64,000 nt of DNA from Octopus bimaculoides. Taxonomy: Eukaryota. The stretch spans positions 50,092,852-50,156,851 of the forward strand of contig NC_068995.1 of the NCBI RefSeq assembly GCF_001194135.2. Reading direction: 5' to 3'. Below are positions 11,608-23,172 of this stretch, in pieces. The notes beneath the pieces are model-generated. The model saw only the letters and a list, made by a program, of their open reading frames with translations. It was not told where the DNA came from and did not search any database. A program made the position numbers and the translations under genes. Numbering within the stretch: the stretch's first letter is position 1; every line of letters starts with the position of its first letter.

Positions 11608-13744
11608 GTAAATAGAGATTCATCCATTTTTTGGGGGTTTTTTTTTTTTCAAAATTTTCACAGAAATTAAAGTATATAATTACATATAATTTGTTCTTCA
11701 TTTTTGTGAATCTGTCTTCACCTAATAGGATAGTTTCTCTTAAATAATTTTCTGTACACCCTGTTTATGTGACTGTACACGTTTCGATCAATTATAGATA
11801 ACTTTACTCTGCTATTTAGATTTCAATGAGTGAATGTAACTCCATCACATCATAAGTCCTGTATGCATCGGCAATTACATATGAACTACATTTTATCAAT
11901 TCTGTGCTGATAAAAATCTAGCTTCTCTAAATTTGAATGATTATACTATGTAATACACTTGTGGAATGACAGATCGGTTATTGTTAGATCTTGATCAATT
12001 GTTAATTACGGAAGTATGACATTGAGAATAGAATGTGAATTTCATGACTCAGAAATATAACCGGAGTTGTCTCCCGTACCTTCAAAAAAATAATTGAAAG
12101 CTTTTTTCTTTTAATTTATCCGTACCTTGTATTTCAAATTGTTCGAGAAAGGCGGAATATATACAGAACAATGTTATTTGACATCGTAGAACGTTCGTTA
12201 CATAATTATAACAGCTTGCAGATAAATAGCGTTTTTTGTCGGCAAGTACGATATGAAAAGTTATTTCCCCTTACATTCTTGAATAAGTCTGTAACCGGTT
12301 ACAACACTTGGAATCATTGTAGCTTGGTTGTGAAGGAGTCGCTAGTTTGTTGCCCGACTTACTTGAAATAGCAGCGAAATTTCCTTTAAATCACAACAGA
12401 ATTTCTTGGGTAAGTGCACAACTAGAAATAAAATGGTTGACAAATGATCTAATTTGTTCTCACTGTGGCACCTAATAGGGACTGTTTCACTTTTTTTTTT
12501 TTTAAAGCCTTATGTATTTTATATGTAGCTGAAGAAACTCTGGTACCCATATTTTACTATTTTCTAGATTGTTTTCCTCAACGTAGTCACTGTGTTTTGA
12601 TGATGTCGACTGAAACGAGGTTGTTGTGTATCAATTGTTGAATAATTTTCAAATCTTTGTTCATAGAAACGGTGCAATTCTGGTGCTGTGTGTCGTTGTG
12701 GGAAGGAATGAGACATCTGTGTAGAAGTGTAGCCACAGGTCAAGCCTGATGCAGCAGACTTAAGATCAAAAGAATGGTTGAGGAATTTTTTTGTGGGAGG
12801 ATGAGGTTTCTGGCAGTGTATATGCTATTAGCAGCAAGTAATCAGCCACAGATATTTTTGTGTAGATGTTGGAGGAGGGGCTAAAGAAGATAGTATTATA
12901 TCTCCACAGCTGAGAACATTCATGTATTAGGGTTTCATTGGTAAATCACTTAGGCAATCCTAGATAATGACAAAGATACACCAGCTCCAACCTGACAACT
13001 GAATCTCAGAATGGCTGTGTGGTTAAGGAGTTTGCTTTACAACCCACATGATCTTAGGGTCAGTGTTGCTGCACAGCATGGTGTGGGCCTAATTTATTCT
13101 ATTGCTTTAGATCAACCAAGCCTTACGAGTGGAATTGGTAGACAGAAGCCCATCATGTGTGTGAGTGTCTAAATTGTCTTTCCTACTTCTTAAATAAGAT
13201 GGTCTCAGTCAAAAAGCAGTGTTGTCATACTTACATTCTTGATAAATATTATGCATTCTCAAAGCAGTGGAATTAAAATTAAAAAAAAAAAACTTCATAA
13301 AAAAATAAAGGTCGGTGTCAGGAAGGGCATCCATCTATAAAAATATCTCACTTATCCATAGATGTACAAAAGGTACTCATCTAACATAGATTGTTCATTT
13401 ATTCATTTAACATCTCATTCTACAATGTACATCAAACTGTCTTTAATATTATGGATTGCCTGGTTGAAAAAGAAACATTTTCAGTACAGTTTATTTTTGT
13501 TTGTCGGTTTGTTTTTGTTTTAATTTTAAATTTAAGTTTAAGGAATTTTGTCATATTGTGCAAACTGCTCTCCAATTAGAGACAAGTGGCTTGAATAATT
13601 TACCAGATTTTTTTTCTTTGATTATTGATACAAATCGAGAGATAGATTCAAAATTCTTAAAAGAAATCTGACAAACAAATAAAGTTTTGAAAATTTAATA
13701 TCTTCATTATGAAGTGAACAGACAATATATATATATATATACAT

Positions 13745-13880
13745 CTCTCGGAGTGGTTGGCATTAGGAAGAAACCTTGCCACATCAGATTGGAGCCTGGT
13801 GCAACCACCTGGCTTGCCAGTTCTCAGTCAAACCATCCAATCCATGCCAGCATGGAAAGCAGACGTTAAACGATGATGAT
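13745..13880 (+). mobile_element. SINE family D fragment, 3' end with (GAT)n tail
   Basis: gtggttggcattagg...cagattggagcctggtgca...ccagcatggaaagcagacgttaaacgatgatgat; same as copies at 40000, 42310, 57110. Confidence 0.75.
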
Positions 13881-14310
13881 GATATATATACAACACACAC
13901 ACACAATATATACATTTATATACACATTCTTCATAGCTATCCACTGATGATGATGATGATGATGATGATTAACATCCTCAAGATGACACTCCAATCTTTG
14001 AGGTTGTAGGTATAACATGTAAATGTTTGGTTGGAGAGGACATTACTTTATATTCTTTGTATCCTTCCAAAAGTAAGGTGTCAAAGTGAATGACTAGTAG
14101 CGATGTCTTCCATCCTTAAAAGTTTTGATGTTTTTCTTTTTCACAAGATTGCACACACACACACACACAATATCCATTTATAATCATTTATTTAAGGTAC
14201 AAAAATAGAGGCACAGCAGCTTCATATGTTGTTTTATTGCTTGTTTTTTAGTAATTGTGCATTAATAACATCAGAGAAAAGAAGCAGATTGAATCATCAC
14301 TGGTTACTGA

Positions 14311-14357
<47 letters not shown>

Positions 14358-16691
14358 GGTTGGTGAGAGAAGGAATTATGAAGCTAATTAGATGTATAGT
14401 ACTCTACAGAGGTTAAATTGTAGGGTAATGGATTGGAGAGGTTCCAATACTGCTGAGACAAATTTTGCCCACCGCCCTTCCAAAGTTGATGAAGTTGCAG
14501 TCAAGTACTGGTGTTGATCTAATTGATTGTCTCTTTCTTCCAGATGTGTGGCATTTTGCTTATATTAGGAATAACTAATCAAAAGAAATCAAGATCCACA
14601 TTAATACAAAAGTATTAAAAAAAAAAAAAATGTGTGATCAATAAGTTTCAAGTGAAGATTAAGATCACCTTGCATGAATACAGATAGCATTAAAAAAATC
14701 TAATTTTGATTAATCTTGACTTTTAATTGAAGGCCATAATCAATTTAATCAACCTCAATACTTGACTGGTGCTAATTTCATTGCTTCTCTCTCACCAGAA
14801 GTAGGAAAGAAATTGTTCTAATCACAATATTTGATTACAAGGAGTAATCATCGAACATCATGTTAATAAAAATAGTTAGAGGAAGTCTCTGCATATGTTA
14901 TTTAAAAATAAATAATTTATTAAATAACTAAAATCCTTCAAATTTTATACAAAGCAAACAGGAAGGCCAAAAAAAAAAAAAAAATGGTGGTAGAAATATG
15001 TTGGCAATTATTCAACTCTAAAGATGAGATGAATTATCTGAAAATTCATTTCAAACATTCAATTTAAGTTCACTTAAATATTTCACTGTGTGGCTAAGCA
15101 CAGAAGATATCTAAATTTAACTTAGCTCTAATTTTAATACAAAAATACTTGCTATCTTATCCCTACCACAGATAGGACAAGGATATTATAATGGGCATCA
15201 CTACCCACTCCATCCATCAAATAGTTCTAACTACAGTTTTTTTTGTTTTTTTTTTCCTGTTTTAAATGGTTTGGTCTAGAGAAACCTTCCAGACATAGTG
15301 CATTGTATGTTCCTGAACAACTAACTGCAAGAAAAATATTGGCAGGGAAGAAATTGTAAAGATTTGAAGCTCTGGGAAAGAAAAACAAAATGTATAGTCC
15401 AGAATCGAAACAAAGTGGAATTGATCTCATGATCTACAAGCAGCTCTGTTCATGCCAGTCCTATTCTTTCTTAAATGATCATTTACAGAATTCCTTTTCA
15501 TTTAATGGTTTATCATAGGCATCACAGTCATTGTTGTAACTTTTACTTTTCCATGCTTGCATAGATCAGATGAGATTACTCTGGGGCAGAGTTTTCCATG
15601 GCCAGATATCCTTCCTGTTGCCAACCCTTACCTGTATCCAGGCAAGGCAATAAATCTCCCAGTGTATCGAACAACGGCCAGCCCGCACATGGTTACACGA
15701 ACAACTGGAAACAAACAGGACAGTCTAAATTTTGTTTGCAAAGATCGTGCATAGGTCAAGAAGCTTGGACACGTTTCACTGCAGTGGACAGTGAGGCATT
15801 TGAGTTACATTTACCTGTTTCACTCAGAAACCACAGGTCAACTTGAGCTAATAGCAGCAGACATTTGTCCAGCATACCATGCAGTCAGACTGATACCGAA
15901 ACCACGGGACTGGGAAGCAAATTGCACCTACATAAGTATGTTCTCCTGATTTACTACAATTTTGATATCAAGTGTGAATCTGTTTAACATATATTTAGAA
16001 TTCCACTAAAAACTTGTAATTTTAATTTCATCGGGATGATAAGTCTTAAGTTAAATTATTTCTAATTAAGATAAAATGGGAAAGAACTGCTTTAAAATGA
16101 AATTGGTGTTGTTTTGGTTGTTCCTTCTAACAATAGCTGCAATAGCCATATTTTACTTGTTTTATCAAGCAAGTGCAATTCACTTTAGCTGCTAGGCAGG
16201 CTGTTACTGTAAGACATGGCTTGCATAATAAAATAGCCTTTTTGTAAGAGTTGTTTTGACTATTTATAATGAACAACATTTGAATCTACACTGTTGAAAT
16301 AATACAAACATACGTGTCTTGCATAGCCAAAGCAACAACTACAAAGCACTTTCATACAGCGCAAGGAAGGATTAACAACTTGGATTTGATAAGATGTGAA
16401 TGTTGTGATGATATTCAATAGAATTTACATTTTAAGTAATTGTTTTCATCAAATTATGTATACTAATAATGATGGATTATTTCCTTTTGTAAGTAATTAT
16501 AATTTGAAAGAAGTTTAGTCCAGTTAAGATAATGATAAAGTGTAATCCAATAAGTAATCTGCTGTAGGATATCTTAAGAATGAATCAGATAAAAACAGCT
16601 TCTTCAATTTGTGTGAAAGGTGCTAATTTGTTATAAGAAAATTAAAGTTGATTTCCTCTTTCATTATTCATTATTCGAGAAGTTTAATTTT

Positions 16692-16796
16692 TCACAAACC
16701 AGAAACTGACAAAGACCAGAGTCCAATTGTACTCAACCAGATAAATTCTTCCAATTTATTCTTGTGTTTCATCTGAATATGTTCCAGGAAGCCATC
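16692..16796 (-). CDS. Bcl-2-family protein, terminal coding exon (end of BH2 + hydrophobic tail anchor): DGFLEHIQMKHKNKLEEFIWLSTIGLWSLSVSGL*
   Basis: Strong acceptor ttttattttccttaatgcag|GAT. DGFLEH continues the BH2 motif (compare Mcl-1 RGW|DGFVEFF) in phase 0 with the donor after TGG at 23173. C-terminus is hydrophobic. Confidence 0.8.
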   Translation of the reverse strand, partial: DGFLEHIQMKHKNKLEEFIWLSTIGLWSLSVSGL

Positions 16797-16940
16797 CTGC
16801 ATTAAGGAAAATAAAAACATATGAGAAAATAGAATACAAAAAATAGAAAAATATGCAATTTTGGAGACTAGAGTACTCTTAAAAAAAGGTACATCCCTCT
16901 TTTCCTCACAACAGAAGCTTAAGGTTGAAATAGGTAGCAT

Positions 16941-17100
16941 AACCCTTTAACATTCAGATTACTCTGCCAAGTATATTTATCTATTCACTGTTTTGAATTA
17001 ATCATACATTACCTCATGGCTTTGAGAATTCAATGTGACTTTTTATAATGACATTGTAGGGTAGGTGTGAGAGGCTAGATCTGGCTGATATAAATATAAA
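16941..17100 (+). mobile_element. Fragment of a dispersed repeat starting taaccctttaacattcagat (possible TTAA-type MITE end)
   Basis: Related segments at 57951-57985, 58265-58370 and 58930-58975 (gaattaatcatgcatt..., ttgtagggtaggtgtgaga). Confidence 0.4.
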
Positions 17101-17367
17101 ATATTTTCAACTTTCTAAAAGTTTAGCTCCCCACCCCCTATCTTGTTCTAACTAACAAAAAAAAAAAAAAAAAAAAAANNNNNNNNNNAAAGTCCTTTTT
17201 TTCAGATCACTCATTTTATTGTGGCACATTATGGTATAGAGTTTCTCCCTGTTGTGTTGGTAGCCCTGACAAAGTTGTAATATCACGTTTATAACCGCTC
17301 CATTTTTACAATGTTATGCTTTTTGTATACTTATTTATCAATGCCTTAGAACAAAATTTCGACTGGG

Positions 17368-17682
17368 ATACACTGGGATGGAAAATTGCTCCCAGCACTC
17401 AGAGGCATTGAAAAGGTTGATAGACTGGCAACAATAGTAAATTTTCAAGGGAAGGAGCCATTGTTGGGAGTCTCTGAAATTCTAACATCTTTAGGAGAAC
17501 AGCAAGCCATGGCCGTTTACCAAGCAGTGAAGAAATGGGGTATAACCGACAAAATTCAGGCACTTTGCTCTGATACGAAAGTAAGCAACACAGGTCGAGT
17601 GAATGATGCCAGTACAAATCTAGAAAAGTTGTTCAATCGCAACCTGTTGTACTTCCCTTGCCATCATGCTGACACTGTATAG
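17368..17682 (+). pseudogene. DDE DNA-transposase remnant (hAT-related, HWDGK type)
   Basis: In-frame IHWDGKLLP...EKVDRL...LLGV...GEQQAMAVY...WGITDKIQALCSDT..SNTGR...LLYFPCHH: two catalytic Asp motifs and CxxH; truncated on both sides. Family assignment is from recall of the motif. Confidence 0.75.
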
Positions 17683-19727
17683 TCCTTATTCATTTTGGAC
17701 ATCACCTGGACAATGTATACTATAATACGTTATCATCACAAGCCTCCAATTCCAACCAAAATTTATGTACAAAAGATCTGGCAACATTTAGAAAGTTGCA
17801 AATTTCTAAATCATTGTGGCTTGTATGTAAAGTAACTATGACTGCATGTCTTTTCATTTCTTGATTTAGCATGATAAATTGGAAGGTTTATCCAAAAAAA
17901 GAAATAGAAAAAAGATACATTAAATAATTTGAAGGTGTAATGAACTAACAATAAAATGTACTCAAATACCCCTCGCACCCTGTAGAAGACATTTGACCAA
18001 TGAGCTGCACAGTGGTACCAAATCCCAAAACCAGATAGTAACAGAAGGAATTTAATAACAAAATTTCTGTATTGACAAGGAATAGAACAAAGTGGGCAAC
18101 AGCAGTATAGATCTATACACACGTGTCATCAGCAAGCAAAACTACAAAATAACTAAACATTTTGAAAATAATCTAATGAGAATTTTTTAAAACGAACTTG
18201 TTGCAAAAAATGTTTTAACAAAGTCCCAAAATAAGGTGTGATGAGGGGAATTTATACTAGGAAAAAAAAAAACAAAGATGAAGAGGTAACATTTGAAACA
18301 CTTTTTAAATAGAATGGTCACAGTTGAAACTTTCAGAAAAATGCATTTTTTGCACTTCTCTGTGCTCTCAAGTGTATGCACATATGAGTGCAAATCCTAG
18401 TCTGTGCAAAGGACACAGACTGGTTATTTTCAAGTCTGAAAATTTTCTGTTTCAGCTTTGTGTGACCAGTGATTTTCTGAATGAAAAAAAAAAAAGAGTT
18501 TAGGCTCCGGTTTCAGTCCCACTGTGTGGCGCTTTTGACAAAGTATGCTCTAGCGCTTGGCCAACCGAAACCCTTTGAGTGGGTCTGGCAGACGGAAACT
18601 GAAAGCTTGTCATGCGCGCGAGAGAGAGAAAGACCACTGGTACCACTTGATAACCGGTGTTAGTTTGTTTACGTTCCTCACAACTGAGTAGTTCGGCAAA
18701 AAAGAACCATAGAATAAGTACCAGGTTTAGAAAAGAAAATTTACTGGGATCGATTCCCTAACATAGCTGCAACCTAATGACTGCAACAAAGGTAAAACAT
18801 CGGGAACGAGACATTTTCAGAGCTGGCTTTAGGATTTATTATACACTACAGTGAAAAACGTTCCACATATGGCCATTTCGTATATTATCTTGAGCGCTAT
18901 GTCTTGTTCTCGATTATGTACAGTGTCTTTTCTTTGTTAGACAGTAAGGTTATTTGGCTGTTGAGTCTAGCAGGTCGGGCAACCACAGAAACGCCCGTGC
19001 TGGTTCGTTTTTGCGTAGTTTGGCCCAAGTAACAAATAAATATAAAAGTATGTCAGCCAACCTGAAGAGAGAAGCGATTTGCCTGCTGCGTAAGAAGATA
19101 AATTGATATGCCAGTGTGTGGGTAGATGAGAATGCAAACGTTTCGGACCAAACCTCTAAGTAATATGATGATACAAAAATTCGTAATTGTTAACAGACTA
19201 TTCATTTTGGCATGAATGAGGAGAGGTCGGAAAGTATGACGTTAACACATTCAAGAGAATACGTGACTGACATCTCACAAGAAGGAAATTCTGCTTTACA
19301 CATGACATATAAACCCATCATAACTTTATTATTATTATTATTTTATTTTTTGAATTTTCAGAAATTTCTCGAGAATTTGTGTTCTACACACGACTATGAA
19401 ATTTGTTTAAGTTTTCGAAATTTTATAAAATTTTAAAAAATTATTTAAAATAGAGTCTGAATTTTGGGGCTTAAATCCCCAGTAATTGACCCATTAAATG
19501 CTCAGAGTAACGATTATATTCTAGGTTCTGTTGGGTAACCCGACTCTTCCCGTTTCAAAAATAAAGTCAATTTGGCAAGATTTCAAAGCGAAATTTGTAG
19601 CAATTTAAAAAATGCTTGAAATATCAAGTGACAGCTGTAATTAGATCTACATCTATTCAAAGGAGGATGTAAAAATGCTCAGAGCAAAGAAAAGGAAACG
19701 AAAATTCACAAATATGAATTTCTACTC

Positions 19728-19821
<94 letters not shown>

Positions 19822-21787
19822 ATGGGCGACACAATACATATTGTCGGATTATGGATTAAATATTTATATATTTATCTAGAGAGTAGTATAGTTTTCGTTA
19901 AATATTGCCTCGTGTGTGTGTGTGTTTTAAAGCTGAAAAACAATGGAAGTTATGAGAAATAAGGTTTAGATGCCTTCTTTTGGAAATTTCCAGAGCAATC
20001 AACACCTCTTCTCCGTAAATTTCCAGAAGGGATCCTTACTCTGAAATACTGAAATGTCAAGTGACAGGACTAACCATCGACCTGTACTTATAAATAGAAC
20101 TTTACTTAATTTACTATCATCGAAAATTGTGCGATAAGTGCTTAAAACCGATACAAAGAAGAAAAAAAAATCAACGAACTATTTACACTTGGTTTTAAAT
20201 AAATAATTCGATAAATTAGGTCGGTCAAAATGTATTAAAAAAAACATAATAGCAGCAATTAAAATAATTTGGATTATAGAATAATTTTACTCTTTGCAAC
20301 CAATTCCCAGAGTAAAATTGGAGACTAAATCCGGTTTGGTAGTCTGCAAGTCTGGTTTTAATTTGATAATGAATCTGCCCATCCCACGAACTAATGAAAT
20401 AATGGGAGAACTTCTACGTGGCAGCAATGACCTGCTAGAAATAGCAGCAAAGCCTCACTCAGTACACCTCTTAGAAAGAGAATAAGCTTGGTAATATGAT
20501 CTTGGATAGATTAAGATAGATATTCACAGTTGGAGCGGCTTTGACCGTAAGTAAGTCTGCACGATCAATGCTCAAACCGGAGCTAAACTGCGACAACAAT
20601 GGCCTTGTTAAAAACTACCACACCATGATGTGCTTGGTTCGCTCCACGTCACATATAATCGATATTCTTTGTGTGACTTCAGCTGAACTGACTTTTATAC
20701 TAAACAAATCGATAATCAAAGTATTGAAAGTCAAAGAAAATGATGAGAGTGTGCGTGTGTGCTTAGCAACAATAAACAAAAAGAGAGAGACAGAGAGAGA
20801 ATTGATGAAATATATATCAAGGAAAATGATTTCGCCAAAACTTTTAAACTTTATACATAAAAGATGAGCGAACAGCTTATATTGTCGTTTGACTTGTTAA
20901 AAACCGAAGTCCCTCAAACCAGTGTAACGTAGTCCGAGATATAGTGGAAAAAATAAATCAAGATAAAAAGGAAGACTGAAACAGCTTTATTGTCGGATTA
21001 TGATTCTAAATTTCTATTAAATATACCGACATTTAAAACTGGTTTGGTCAGAAAAAAAAAAGCAGCTATATCTCCATGGAATCACATCGTATTCTCTTTA
21101 AAAAAAAAAAAAGACTATAATAGACACGTCGGATCATCTATATCTTATACAACAAATTAAAAATAATATCAATTTCAATATATGACGGGGTGGCTTTATC
21201 TGGAAAGTCTAACACCATAGGACTGATCTAATAGGATGACTTGAAACAAAGCCACCACCACCAGATATAAAAAGAGAAAAGGAGAAACTAATTACACAGT
21301 TTAATTTGTATTGTGAATTTTTTTCCCCCAGTTAATTCTTTAAAAGAATTTAGATTGCCGATATGAATATATTGTGAGACACAATCAAGCAAGGTCGACA
21401 GCTGAATACTGTCAGCAACAATAATTAACAGTCACATATATAAAGTAACTGGGTATTAAGAGATTTCACTGCTATTTCAAGCAGGTCGAACGACTACGTT
21501 GAGGCCTCCTTTTGGTGAAAGAACAAATAAAAGGGGGTTTGTGTGGAAAGGAATATATAGTTTATTGTTATTGGTAATTATTTTGTCGGAAATGCGAAAT
21601 CGAACTGAGTAGGGTTTTAACTCCATAACAAAGCGAGGCGCCATAAATGACATTAATCCCCTGACATACTTCAATACTATTTGTATAATAATTAATAAGT
21701 CTTAGGGTAGCAAAAAATTAAGAAATTTAATTTACTACTCGTGGTGTAGCGAGAAAAAAATTAGTCAACAGACTATATATTATTCAT

Positions 21788-22007
21788 GTAAAATACATTG
21801 TACATTTAATACACATTAGAGATGCCCATAAAAGGACATCTGACCCGCTAGAAAGAGCAGCCAAAGCTCTACACCACAAATTTTTTATTCCTTTTCGAAA
21901 TTATCCCTAATTTTTTTGTGGTGTAGAGCTTTGGCTGCTCTTTCTAGCGGGTCAGATGTCCTTTTATGGGTATCTCTAATGTGTATTAAATGTACACTGT
22001 ATTTTAC
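21788..22007. repeat. Near-perfect inverted repeat, 93-bp arms, 34-nt loop
   Basis: Arm 21788-21880 is the reverse complement of 21915-22007 with 2 differences. Confidence 0.95.
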
Positions 22008-22034
22008 TATTTGTATAATAGATAATAAACTATA

Positions 22035-22159
22035 CAGGGTGTCCACAAAGTCTGGGTACATGGGGATTAACAAACTTTAAGAAATTATTATTTCTTATAT
22101 TTAATTGTTTATGTCTTGATTTTATTTACTCCATGTCCCCAGACTTTGTAGACACCCTG
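22035..22159. mobile_element. Tc1/mariner-type MITE (125 bp)
   Basis: 29-bp TIRs CAGGGTGTC(C/T)ACAAAGTCTGGG(T/G)ACATGG; TA on both sides. Confidence 0.9.
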
Positions 22160-23172
22160 TATTTGTATAATAGATAATATACTGTATAATTTTAGATACA
22201 GCATACAGAAACAAAAGTTTGTGTGAGTGAGAGATTTTCATATGAGAATAAAGATCTACAATATTTTCGCACTTGTATGTAACACCGTCAATTAATATAA
22301 ATTAAATAATTAGAACTGTACCGGTCCGTTTCTTTTTTTGTGATTTGTAAGAAAAAGTGTTAAATAATAAATTATATAATGCTATTGTAAAAAGAATTTT
22401 ACAGACAGACTTGCTACTAATGTTAATTTCTTTCAACTATAATATTTATATAAAGATTAACAACACCAATTCCGTTTATACTTTCATGATATATCTGGAA
22501 AGTATTTTTTATTCAATAAATTAAATGTGTTTATTTTCTTTTAAAACATGGGAGCAGAATTCTGTTTAAAGCACACCATATGACCTCTAATAGCATATCT
22601 CACAATCACCCCCATTTATTTATCAGTCTGACGTATTCAGATTTTTTAAATATCTTTCTTCCCCATTAACACATTTAATGGTCTATTTCTGGGATTTAAG
22701 CTAAAATTTAAAGACTGTTCGTATTTCAAACTGTGATTTTTTTTTTAAATTCGAAAAAGTGACAAAAAAACAAAAAACAACTTTAGTCTCTTTAACAGGC
22801 AAAGAGACCGATAGAATAAGTACTAGGCTTCCAAAGAATAAGTCCTGGGGTCGATTTGCTCGACTAAAGGCGGTGCCCCAGCATGGCCGCAGTCAAATGA
22901 CTGAAACAAGTAAAAGAATAAAAAAAAGAGTCGTGTGATTTTCTGTGTGTAGAATACAAATTCGTAAACATATTCTGAGAAGTCTATAAGATAGTTATGA
23001 GAGCTTATATGGCATGCTTTTAGTAAAAAATGTTTTAAAAAAAGCCTATACAATTCTCAGAACGATGTCTTTTGTTTACTAAATCAGATCACTATATTTT
23101 ATTTCACGTACAAAAATATATATATATATGTGTGAATTTAAAAAATATTTATATATAATAAATGAACCTCAC

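Larger units (their letters stand above)
100..11900 (+). repeat. Tandem array of ~9 diverged promoter + non-coding exon + 5' splice-site cassettes
   Basis: The 20-mer TTATCTGCTCTTACATTCCT (0-2 mismatches) occurs at 179, 1947, 3537, 5555, 6934, 8307, 9451 and 11529. Collinear flanking blocks recur in most units (cctgatatcgttt, tataaata/tatgaat, aatggaatg, ctgaaatt, tacatataac, tcttaaataattttct, gtgagtgtacacg, ttcatagaaaat). An extra unit with a donor at 711 keeps only the downstream blocks. Confidence 0.9.

Noticed and set aside
14544-14618. ATG TGT GGC ATT (MCGI), the start motif of Ntn amidotransferases
   Set aside because: The frame closes after 24 codons and no downstream matching exon (e.g. 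RGPD) was found.
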